Assembly (NCBI GenBank): GCA_021107635.1
Contig: JAIOSL010000038.1
Coordinates: 3,512-67,511, forward strand
Length of the DNA: 64,000 bases
Direction of reading: 5' to 3'
DNA from: an archaeon
GTDB lineage: Archaea; B1Sed10-29; WALL01; JAGHAM01
Part shown: positions 48,101 to 55,327 of the stretch, piece by piece
How positions within the stretch are numbered: the stretch's first letter is position 1
Layout: every line of letters starts with the position of its first letter
The notes under the pieces: model-generated
Told to the model about the DNA's origin: nothing
The model's input: the letters and a program-made list of their open reading frames with translations, nothing else
The model's database searches: none
Translations under genes and position numbers: made by a program

Positions 48101-49082
48101 AATGACCGAACAACACAAAGTAGAAGAAAATGACATTGCAGTAAGATGCTTCACAATTGGAGGTTCACCAGGAAAAGAACTGCCAAAAGAAAGAGAAGTC
48201 ACAATAGACTATCAAGAACCAGAAATAACAGTTAGTTCTACAAACTATAACAAAAAAGAAGGAAACCTCTATAACCTAACATTTTACGTCCAAGACAACT
48301 TTGACGTCGAAAGCTGTAGCGTCAAATACCTAAACGATACAGACCAAGACGGAACACACGAAGAATACGACTGCCCACAATGCTCATGCGAAACAATAGC
48401 ACCAAACCAGCCAGGAGACACACAAATAGAAACACAATGCGAACTCTATCTCGCACAAGAAATGGATGCAACCGAATGCGGAGGAGAACAAAAAGGCAGC
48501 GAATGCCACAACAAATTCAAAATCACATGCACAGACGAAAATGCTAACGAAATAAGTGCAGATGTATCAGTAGCAAATGGAGAATCTTCACTAAACATAA
48601 CCTTCCCCAATGAAATCTTCGCTGCATTAATAAGACTAACAGGAAACTATGGAATCGCTACAACAGAACCAGGATACATAGAACCAAAAAACGCAAGCAC
48701 TAAAGTAGTATACAAAGAATCAAACAATGTATACTATACCAACTCAGAAGTAAATGACCTAGAATTCCACATAATGGGAAACTACAATATTGACGAAACG
48801 TGTGTTATGTACTTAAGAGACCCTGATGATCCAGATGGAACAGAACTAGGAACAAGTTGGTATGACCAAGTACACTACCCCAGCACGATAACATCAATAG
48901 TAGGAGAATCAACACCAACAGATAAAAAATTCTATCTTTCAACCACCTCAGACGAAATAAAACTAAAAGAAGATGGACATTACCTCTTCAGAGTAATATG
49001 CGGAATCCCAGAAAACTATGATAATCTGCAAGCAGAGGGAGGAACCCTCAACGACCTAACAGAAGATTCACCACTTCCTTGA
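42189..49082 (+). CDS. Giant N-terminally anchored surface protein (2297 aa), paralog of upstream giant
   Basis: Shared N-terminus EDxYYxxLDxLxxKGIPxYxxVDPxExxGIP and internal CDAxQL, CG(I/V), WC..NYD, GLIY motifs. Confidence 0.9.
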   Translation: MPVKDYYYEIEDQYYSLLDKLDEKGIPVYNLVDPLEERGIPTFPLLIGLVLLLLLLFIYFLVGGFGQSLTIDLMGNSIGTFDLPTIHNVLGGTLPWIDDIIPVLNIGDEITIKVNVNSNDAPLEGAKVSVVQGGWARTETTGTDGKVEFKRVPRGEATVTAKKENCSKETKTINETGEITFNLKCGLSWPGVEGCMEIDETLYKANLVGTDNKRPEQCTLAIYDNQTKTVNLDWRIDPIKNILYIDPSECVISDYVVVIDCLAHERRDQARIIIIEMDGIGDVRLNPKDTNPTDCPPGEQWDDALLECVPITNPCGDNEIWNEELQECIPIIPDDEVAIYIVVNDTNGDYLSGITVKAIDSTGAEITEGTTQDVTGTAGTATLSLKENQNFRITAEDPKGDYSTITTGEYVADETQTITITMEAGAQTTIRVIDKEDKSRISGAVVWLYEIPHTEVTNTNGEVELTLPASETFKVQVYKNYSPYIGIESSVNSGEVNIIELEKVLPIMSGNLTLTAKNYHDHEETMEGVTFKVTTKIGNVTQKSCITDSNGECYMPFLEKGDYNVYATPRMGESQHAGDVTIVAGTTTEKTFYVKPATTLLKIWVKHGNNPYTPNAMVSILTENQFNEWEIMPGMSGETDGYGYKEFEIPKNTKIKVKGTHDESGTHYSAIWGPQTITESEKEITLELKKTEVAISFSPEMELTPKDTKTGNLYFGLPYVDEVTQTKYDTILIELWVGSDGEATDPIATPILINGFNSNSLEQDDVSVLRCSKYPCSSSSCCNIGDGEQFKYLKLEIQNTDEFYEDIGTASIELELYAKEILSTDHTYVNMKGTWTSTAGDRTSENKTLINLTSGSPWTPHPPPGEGFTGHRAGYTEDPFQEKPWSPQWSTYNGSNFYLMIDAVAAGDMSTYQIKIEDQPDAKSYLMINNYNISITKQDGTQLSESKKTLNQKLPTGGYNINPVADLGNYYALEMEDTLHLKIELQAIAPTEGQYYETYIFEDYDDLKFKIIELDGENNETTEVTNITSSNRAWQTYICAPPTFIPGCGWGTINETKIEQGYLLPVWSQQGARNFQFKFTLNNIGDQDKVLDFAATGAITLDYIPQDIIVPAGSSVSTFINGTGLASTQGTLEISMGLDGGTMKLWKTANFGQVDYEYTLWTTTSMIELEEEVLTNIDSLKAKLSRNGNALEDNAIKVEFQCWEGGDYNNVKTLWRDNDYYKYETALQLEPGENACILFAEHPEIGSMGKFYHVQGMKIEPIGSDFPLHTFSQDYQEYSIDIVMINSSWLEPKNFTLDTLEFFELTEAYDMTIQVETFNQDGSTYDTKSSTTPITENITIPEQGSALITLIATYDPPSVGNEPLCSQSGFDFNGNIKITPYSQPTTQYNYNYNCTAGGSGGGWGDCECDRDGDTITTELTAADSSEIHTVNLISKTEEDLEVTIDFSEDSDATSKGYTMTPSIKIYNSTDDLIEQQTVSPGTPIIVTLPAEGTIKFQLNASIDPLEQEGNGWTCEGGLGWYAYNILTFTPEGNSDKEVYFIHTCSKTGGNGGATGELILRETLTPTEILGTDYDYSCDYIEDVKTRLCDAKQLANAIKRFKQDYEEDMPLSLTATFAFGEDHLDKPDMEKATGNTVSFNPDNHQAELVFDLQGATAITCGVISVTATRQAEGYTLLTINNDQNKPWCDSTPKKPYFFTGTANYDEGLSTDSENTKYMRFEGDDTELTYFKNAMLTSINGIEIEDVLGYHYKGGADLEKPGTTIPPIHVIYNDLNCTEEGDSGPRDYLDCPKPDGTPVDLAWLQQAFREQGHELGGYYHYVQDNGVDKFYIGLIYSSATLTENSDLNLMRRLLVGNLMSHWTIGNNSCIQDEEEELILRGSTTCGYCSSGIYDEILLEEYTTTKPSTTTPKESVGKSPDHNSIGIHLKVHLDAGKCKIWNKQKETNVQWITRGDGNWNSNEFTENFPIDTTGMTEQHKVEENDIAVRCFTIGGSPGKELPKEREVTIDYQEPEITVSSTNYNKKEGNLYNLTFYVQDNFDVESCSVKYLNDTDQDGTHEEYDCPQCSCETIAPNQPGDTQIETQCELYLAQEMDATECGGEQKGSECHNKFKITCTDENANEISADVSVANGESSLNITFPNEIFAALIRLTGNYGIATTEPGYIEPKNASTKVVYKESNNVYYTNSEVNDLEFHIMGNYNIDETCVMYLRDPDDPDGTELGTSWYDQVHYPSTITSIVGESTPTDKKFYLSTTSDEIKLKEDGHYLFRVICGIPENYDNLQAEGGTLNDLTEDSPLP

Positions 49083-49271
49083 GTAACAACTCAAGGAATT
49101 TCAACAATCTCCTAGAAAACGCTCAAGAACTACTCTTAAACATATTGTCCTACTAGGCTAGAATGTATACAAATACTACACCAAGGATAAACTAGTGCGT
49201 ACATTCACCACAATAAACCTGCTAACGCGTTAACGGCAAGGCTTTTATATTCTAGTAGCATTGATACAAAC

Positions 49272-49583
49272 GTGGTATTTGAAATCCTAGGAGAAATAAA
49301 AAACAGTTTTGAACTCCTAATGCTAGGATTCAAAATAGTCCTCATGATATTCCTAATAGGCTGGGTAAGAGGACATCTAGGAGGAGGACTCATAGCAGCA
49401 GTAGTCATACTAATCCTAGGATACTTTGTAATATTCGAATACTTCATAATATTCGGACCAATGTTCCTATTCTACCTCATAATAATCATAGGAGGCGGAG
49501 TAGTAGTCCAAGACCTAGCATTCGGCAAAGAACACTACACTAAAGGCGGAAATGACTACAGTGAAGGATACCCACACCCATAA
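49272..49583 (+). CDS. Small hydrophobic membrane protein, family A
   Basis: GTG start; IGWVRGHLGGGLIAAVVILILGY; typical codon style. Confidence 0.75.
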   Translation: MVFEILGEIKNSFELLMLGFKIVLMIFLIGWVRGHLGGGLIAAVVILILGYFVIFEYFIIFGPMFLFYLIIIIGGGVVVQDLAFGKEHYTKGGNDYSEGYPHP

Positions 49584-49594
49584 GGTGATAAAAA

Positions 49595-49951
49595 ACGAAA
49601 ATAAATCAAAAAGGATTCCTGCCAGCCCTAGCTGGAATACCGCTAGCACTAATCGTAATAGTAACAATATTCCTATTCCTAATGGTAGGACTTCCCGCAA
49701 TCATGGAATTCTTTCCTATACTCAAGCTGCTCTTCATGCTCTTCGCAGCACTAATCATATTCAACTGGATAAGAAACACAGTAGGACCCGGAACACTATC
49801 CCTAGTAATCGCAGCAATACTAATATACATATTCGTATTCCAACTCACATGGATCACCTGGGGAATATGGGTAATGTACGCACTACTAACATACGGACTA
49901 TGGTCAATACTCTTCTGGGGCATACCACTCGTATTCAAAGGAAAAACTTAA
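49595..49951 (+). CDS. Small membrane protein, family A, class III-like N-terminus, apparent ACG start
   Basis: AGGTGA SD, then ACG AAA ATA AAT CAA AAA GGA TTC (xKINQKG|FLPALAG..) in frame with track ORF 49682-49951. Confidence 0.65.
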   Translation, partial: TKINQKGFLPALAGIPLALIVIVTIFLFLMVGLPAIMEFFPILKLLFMLFAALIIFNWIRNTVGPGTLSLVIAAILIYIFVFQLTWITWGIWVMYALLTYGLWSILFWGIPLVFKGKT

Positions 49952-49991
49952 AAAAGAAAGAATGCAAAAAATATGTAAGAGGTAGTTGGTT

Positions 49992-50231
49992 ATGGGAGAT
50001 ATATTCAACGACGTGCGACTCGCACTAACACTGATAGTACTAATATACCTATCCCAATGGGCCATATCAGGAACCGGCTCAAGAAAGATAGGAATAGTAG
50101 TAGCACTCGTGCTCGTATACCTCACAGTTTACCAACACTTCATACTACTAGTACTAGTAATGGCATTCTTCTTCGGATATGCCTTCTTTGAATCATTTGA
50201 ATCAACATTCATCCCATTAAATCCAGAATAG
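49992..50231 (+). CDS. Small membrane protein, family A
   Basis: GAGGT SD; LSQWAISGTGSRKIGIVVALVLVY. Confidence 0.75.
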   Translation: MGDIFNDVRLALTLIVLIYLSQWAISGTGSRKIGIVVALVLVYLTVYQHFILLVLVMAFFFGYAFFESFESTFIPLNPE

Positions 50232-50241
50232 AGGTAAAAAA

Positions 50242-50541
50242 ATGATAGACACATTCACACTAGTGGTCTTCCTCATCCTAATAATGATAACACTGCAAGT
50301 TCAACGCCTAGAAATAGCAGCAGTAATCATACTCATATTCCTACTAACCCTCAAATCACACACAATGATATTCATAGTCCTAATCGCAGGAGCAATAGGC
50401 TACATAGTACACCAAACACTAGGAATAGAACTACAACTAGTCATGATAAGCATAGTAGTCCTCATAATCGCAGCAGCAATGTTCACAAACAAAAAAGAAG
50501 GCCCAGGCGCGTACACGCCAGGAATGTTTGGAGTGATATGA
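50242..50541 (+). CDS. Small highly hydrophobic membrane protein
   Basis: GAGGT SD; almost entirely hydrophobic. Confidence 0.75.
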   Translation: MIDTFTLVVFLILIMITLQVQRLEIAAVIILIFLLTLKSHTMIFIVLIAGAIGYIVHQTLGIELQLVMISIVVLIIAAAMFTNKKEGPGAYTPGMFGVI

Positions 50542-50886
50542 ATGGATGTGCTCACGCTAGTACTGCTTTTTCTCATAATAGTGATGGGCATGACAGTTCC
50601 AAACATGCAATTCATTTCATTGATTGGAGGAATAATCATGGCAACATACATTTTTGGAGCTAGAGAAGACCATCGACCTCCAGCACCTGCAGGAGGAATA
50701 AAAGTCAGGCCAATAGTAGTACAAAGAAGATATGTAGGACCAGACTCAATATACCCTCAAGAAATGAAAATGAGAGTAAATCCAGCCTGGGACAGCAGAC
50801 CATGGTTTGAACAAGCATCTGCTGCAGCAGGACAGTTCGCTGGATTCGTAGCTAACACAGGCAAACCCAGTAGACCAAAGGATTAA
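50542..50886 (+). CDS. Small membrane protein, family B (PxGG motif)
   Basis: TM hairpin then PAGG..PIVV..YP..MRVNPAW. Confidence 0.75.
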   Translation: MDVLTLVLLFLIIVMGMTVPNMQFISLIGGIIMATYIFGAREDHRPPAPAGGIKVRPIVVQRRYVGPDSIYPQEMKMRVNPAWDSRPWFEQASAAAGQFAGFVANTGKPSRPKD

Positions 50887-50925
50887 AATACCACAAAATG
50901 TATATTTATTGCATTGGGTGTGTGA

Positions 50926-51315
50926 ATGGATAAACCGATAGGTTTAATGATAGTAGTGGCGTTGCTAGCGTTCTTTCTTAAATTAGAATGGCTGGCAATG
51001 GTCATGATAATAGGAATACTGCTCATTCTAGTTGCATCCATAGAGTTAAGAAGACCTTCTCCAGTACCAGCAGGAGGAAGAAAAGAGGAGATTCTCACTC
51101 CTGTAGTAGTTCAAGACCTAGGAGAACCACCTTATTTGTACCCACCGAACTTTGAGCTCAAATATAATCCGAACGAATCATTGATGCCACTTTATGATAT
51201 AGCAGGACAATCACTAGGCTCACTAGTAAGATTCTTCGTTAGAGCAGCAAGAGGAGACCCTCAAGCATACAGAAGCGGCAAAGGCAAAGTTGGCAGAAAG
51301 GTGAAATGGAGATAA
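50926..51315 (+). CDS. Small membrane protein, family B
   Basis: TM hairpin then PAGG..PVVV..YP..LKYNP. Confidence 0.75.
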   Translation: MDKPIGLMIVVALLAFFLKLEWLAMVMIIGILLILVASIELRRPSPVPAGGRKEEILTPVVVQDLGEPPYLYPPNFELKYNPNESLMPLYDIAGQSLGSLVRFFVRAARGDPQAYRSGKGKVGRKVKWR

Positions 51316-51319
51316 GAAC

Positions 51320-51685
51320 ATGGATTTAGATATGCTGCTTTTGTTAGTGATTTTAGGAGGACTTACTTATTACTCGCCTTATCAATGGGCAGCATACATA
51401 ATCGGAGCGATAATTCTTCTCGTCTTCTTGGTTGGAGGAACCAACAGCAAGAAACAAGACTATCGCATCCCTGTAGGGGGAGTGCGAGTGCATGGAGCTG
51501 AAATGGTTGAACCAATCATAATAGAAACGACCAAGACAGCTCCCTTCCGCATACCAAAAAGCATTGATATGAAAGTCAATCCAACCTGGAAAGCATTAAG
51601 CCAACTAGAAAAAATGAGTTATAAGGGAGGCGCAGGCTTAGCCAGGTTTGTTTACCGGAGTGTGTTTGGAGGTAGGTGGGAGTGA
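51320..51685 (+). CDS. Small membrane protein, family B
   Basis: TM hairpin then PVGG..PIII..IP..MKVNPTW. Confidence 0.75.
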   Translation: MDLDMLLLLVILGGLTYYSPYQWAAYIIGAIILLVFLVGGTNSKKQDYRIPVGGVRVHGAEMVEPIIIETTKTAPFRIPKSIDMKVNPTWKALSQLEKMSYKGGAGLARFVYRSVFGGRWE

Positions 51686-52104
51686 ATCCATTCCTCCTGA
51701 CAATAGCTATTGCTTTTTTTGGTTTGTTGTTCAATGCACAATGGCTTTTCTTGTTAGGTGCATTAGGACTCATCATAACAGCATTATTCAAACTTACTGC
51801 CAAGCCAATACGTGCTCCGGCAGGAGGAACCGTGGTTTCACATAAACTAATGCAGGCTCCGATAGACGCATGGGATGAAGAGAACATTGCCACGTACATG
51901 ACTGCATTGGGAGGACAGAGAACTCTTACCATGGGTAACATGGATGATCCGTTCAAAGTACTCTCAGATAGCAGTAAAGGATCAGTACCAGCTGATTTAA
52001 TACGTAATAGGCTTCCTTTCAGTAATTATGGCAGAGAAAGCCTTTTCGAACATTTTTTCATTGGTCTGCCAATTAACATGGGCACACTATTCCGAAAGAA
52101 GTGA
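51676..52104 (+). CDS. Small membrane protein, divergent family B
   Basis: GGAGGT SD; TM hairpin then PAGG. Confidence 0.7.
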   Translation: MGVNPFLLTIAIAFFGLLFNAQWLFLLGALGLIITALFKLTAKPIRAPAGGTVVSHKLMQAPIDAWDEENIATYMTALGGQRTLTMGNMDDPFKVLSDSSKGSVPADLIRNRLPFSNYGRESLFEHFFIGLPINMGTLFRKK

Positions 52105-52138
52105 AAGTTTATTAAACGGGATTGCTTTAAAGAGGTTT

Positions 52139-52747
52139 ATGCGAGCCTCTAGCGCAATTTTATTTTTGATTCTAGTTTCTGGAGCATTTGCAATAGAACC
52201 AGTAATAAACAAAGAAGATTTAACTGAACTTGGCTGCACAGTAGAAGAAAACTATGTTATGTGTCCTCAAGTAGCAACTGTCAGAAACGCTCAAATACAA
52301 TACACCAGTGACGTAGAATGCCAAACTTTGCTTGGAGAAGACCAAGGATGCATAGGCACAGCAAAAATTGGTGAAATTAAGTTCAAAGAATGTCAAGTAT
52401 ACATGCCTTTACTCCAAGGAGACGTTGATTACAGTGGAGTGCAATACAATTATAATTGCATAGACAAAGAACTGCCCGCAAACACAGAAGTCAACATTGT
52501 TACGTTTCAAGATTTGGTAACTGATTGCACGCTGGTTGAAGGCGATGAATACTATGAAGTCAAAACTTGCAAAACCAGCGGGTCAAGAATAATAGCTAAC
52601 ATTTCCGTGTCTGAAGAAGAAGGAGAAAAATATGTTCTGGTAGGAAACTCTTTTCCTGACACTGGCTTCCACTTTGAATTATGGCAATTTGCTGTACTGA
52701 TTGTCTTGGCAATAGCTTTGTGGGTATGGTACAAAAACAGAAAATAG
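52139..52747 (+). CDS. Secreted Cys-containing protein with C-terminal membrane anchor
   Basis: GAGGT SD, signal MRASSAILFLILVSGAFA; FPDTG, TM, YKNRK tail. Confidence 0.8.
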   Translation: MRASSAILFLILVSGAFAIEPVINKEDLTELGCTVEENYVMCPQVATVRNAQIQYTSDVECQTLLGEDQGCIGTAKIGEIKFKECQVYMPLLQGDVDYSGVQYNYNCIDKELPANTEVNIVTFQDLVTDCTLVEGDEYYEVKTCKTSGSRIIANISVSEEEGEKYVLVGNSFPDTGFHFELWQFAVLIVLAIALWVWYKNRK

Positions 52748-53209
52748 TTACTGACCGCCTAAACGAGTAAGCATTTTCTTGTTTATTTTAATCAAACTTT
52801 CATTCAACCGCTTAGTCGCTGCAATCATTGGCTTTATTTCTTCAATATCAGTTCTTATCTGCTCCAAATCTTCACGAATCTGTTTAATTTCTTCAGTAGT
52901 AAACACTTGCTTTTCATGCACTTCACCTAACTGAGTATGAACGCGCTCTATGTCATTCTTATGCTCATCTAACTTTTTTATCGCAGGTCTTAAATGATCT
53001 CCACTCTCAAGAATCTCCTTAGTTTCAACAGCCTGCTCATGCACTTCAGCCACATTTACCGTTGGCTTAGCCTCAATGATAATATCATTAATTTCCTCGT
53101 CATTCAAACCCATCTGACGCAAATTAGTCTCAATGTCTTTTCGAGGCACACCCTGCGCGCTCATTTCTTTGACTATTGACACAATTTTATTGAAAACTGA
53201 GCGCTCCAT
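52748..53209 (-). CDS. Hypothetical coiled-coil protein
   Basis: GGGGGT SD before MERSV; LRQMGLNDEEI helical N-domain; heptad C-terminus. Confidence 0.75.
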   Translation of the reverse strand: MERSVFNKIVSIVKEMSAQGVPRKDIETNLRQMGLNDEEINDIIIEAKPTVNVAEVHEQAVETKEILESGDHLRPAIKKLDEHKNDIERVHTQLGEVHEKQVFTTEEIKQIREDLEQIRTDIEEIKPMIAATKRLNESLIKINKKMLTRLGGQ

Positions 53210-53282
53210 TGTTACCCCCAACATTTTTAAGTTATGAGGTAATAAAACAATCACTAGATATATAAAAGGTTAGGGTGATTTA

Positions 53283-54747
53283 ACGAAGACTCTTGAACTT
53301 CCTCATGGGCCATGGAGGCAGGTATTATCCGGAATCTGGGATAACCGTGAAATATCATATCATGAAAATCCAGACAAACTCTTACTAGTAATGATCTATG
53401 ACAGGAAAGGAGAAGAAGTAAGAGGAATGGCCACCCTAATGACCAAATTTTTTTTCATTAAAGGAAACGCTTCCAGTCTAGCCAATGAACTAGAAGGAAA
53501 CATCATACTAATCCAAAAAAAAAACAAGTGAATTCAAAGGATCTTTCCTAGGATTAACCACAGACCCAGTCTACGTCGAATACAGTCCACGAAACCTCAT
53601 CAACCAAATAGACAACATGCACAAAACAATAGAACAACTAAACCAAGAAACACTCAGAAAATCAAGAGATTACAACATAGACTTAATAGACATAAAACAT
53701 GCACCTAAAGAAACACTAAGAGAACTGCTCGGCGAACCACTTGCCCTGCCCTCTGCAATAACAAGAAAAATAGGACCCCAAACAACAATGGAAAACCCAA
53801 CAGGACAAGTATTCCTAGGCATTGACCTGCAAAGAAAACCCGTGAAAGAACCAATAAAAAACTTTGCTTTAACCATACTATCAGGAGAAGACACAAAAGC
53901 AGCAGCACACGTAATAATGGAAGGATTCATACTAAATGGCATACCTGGCATCATTTTTGACGCTAAAGACGAATTCGCACGAATGGACACACCAAACCGC
54001 AAATCAACAATCCAACAATATAGCCAAGAATTAGAACCATTAAGCATGCCACTAAGAAACTTTAACCCAGGCAACGATGTGTTCATTGATTTAAGCGCAA
54101 TAAATGAAAAATTGTTCTCGGATATTGCAGGAATGAACGATAAAAAAACCGCCGAATTAATAGGAAAAGCCATATCAGGAAAAAAAATACGAAGACTAGA
54201 AGAAATAATCAAACGCATGGAAAGAGTAACAGAAGAAGAACAACGATATTATGCTTCTCGCGCATCACGCATTTGTAGACTATTAGAAGATATTCACCCC
54301 GGCTTGTTCAATGGACCAGTAGAAGCAAACGAACTAATCGCACCCTGGATGAAAAGAATAGGACGAATCGCACATATCAATTTAGTCGGCCTCGACAAAC
54401 GCATAATAAAAGGCATCCTATACTCAGTAGTACGCACTGTCTACGAAGAACTAAAAAATGAAGCATCTCCAGAACAAATTAAAATAGCTATTCTGATAGA
54501 AGGACCAGACATAGTAAGCGGAAAAGGAAACTACATAGACAAAGAGATAAACGCTTTAATCAAACTTTGTACAAGCACAGGCATAGGCATTTGCATACGC
54601 ACACCAAACGAAAACGATTTAGACAGAGATTTACTAATGAACGCAACAGCAAAAGTAACATGCCTAGAAAAAAACCAAATTTCAATAAAAACCCAGACCA
54701 ACAAACCCTACAGACTCTTATTAAGACCAACACTTAGCTCTTATTGA
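53283..54747 (+). pseudogene. HerA/FtsK (DUF87)-like protein with degenerate Walker motifs, interrupted by a frameshift in an A10 run
   Basis: N-part 53283-53531 ends QKKNK*; removing one A from 53515-53524 joins it to ORF 53617; VFLG, GIPGIIFD..DEF, GIGICIRT..DL motifs. Confidence 0.6.
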
Positions 54748-55259
54748 ACCTTCTTACGCTTCCCTAATTCTTTCTCAACCTTCTTCTCAATAATATCACT
54801 AAGCTCAGTGATAGTAACATACTCCATAGGATTAACAGAAGCAAGAATATACTTCAACTCATCCACTTCCTGCTTCAAATTAGACATAGCCTTCCTTAAA
54901 CTACGCACATCATTCTCAGCATCCGCCGTCTTAAAAGATCCAGCCTCTTCAACCATCAAAGAAGTAGGAACACGCAAAGCAGCTTTACGAGAATCCGCCT
55001 TAATCTGATCCAATTCAGGACGAATAGAAGCAAGAACCTCAAGTTTAGTCTGAGATAAATCAGGCATTGCACTCCCAAAATGCTCAAGCTCCTTCAACTT
55101 TTTATTATGAGAAACCAAGGTTCTGCCAATCACCTGCTCATTCATTTCAATAATTTTCAGCCTCTGAGCCAACAATTTCATCTTTGCATCAATAGAACTA
55201 ATCGCACTGTTTACTTCAACAGCACCCTGTTCACCTGATCGCGGAGTTCTTCTAGGCAA
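54741..55259 (-). CDS. Hypothetical coiled-coil protein
   Basis: AGGTG SD plus TTG; heptads; C-terminal VNPMEYVT motif; divergent from polB. Confidence 0.75.
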   Translation of the reverse strand: MPRRTPRSGEQGAVEVNSAISSIDAKMKLLAQRLKIIEMNEQVIGRTLVSHNKKLKELEHFGSAMPDLSQTKLEVLASIRPELDQIKADSRKAALRVPTSLMVEEAGSFKTADAENDVRSLRKAMSNLKQEVDELKYILASVNPMEYVTITELSDIIEKKVEKELGKRKKVQ

Positions 55260-55327
55260 GCCAACACCTTTAAAATATAGATTTGACTCAATTAACTACA
55301 CCTCAGTATAAAAAGCTTGTGATAAAA

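Noticed and set aside
49082..49156. Short coding-like stretch (SNNSRNFNNLLENAQELLLNILSY*) in another frame just after the 2297-aa gene
   Set aside because: Could be a frameshifted tail, but it is short, has no slippery site and cannot be supported
49552..50028. 158-aa ORF overlapping the small membrane genes
   Set aside because: Off-frame shadow (N/T/S/H-rich) of the hydrophobic ORF 49595-49951
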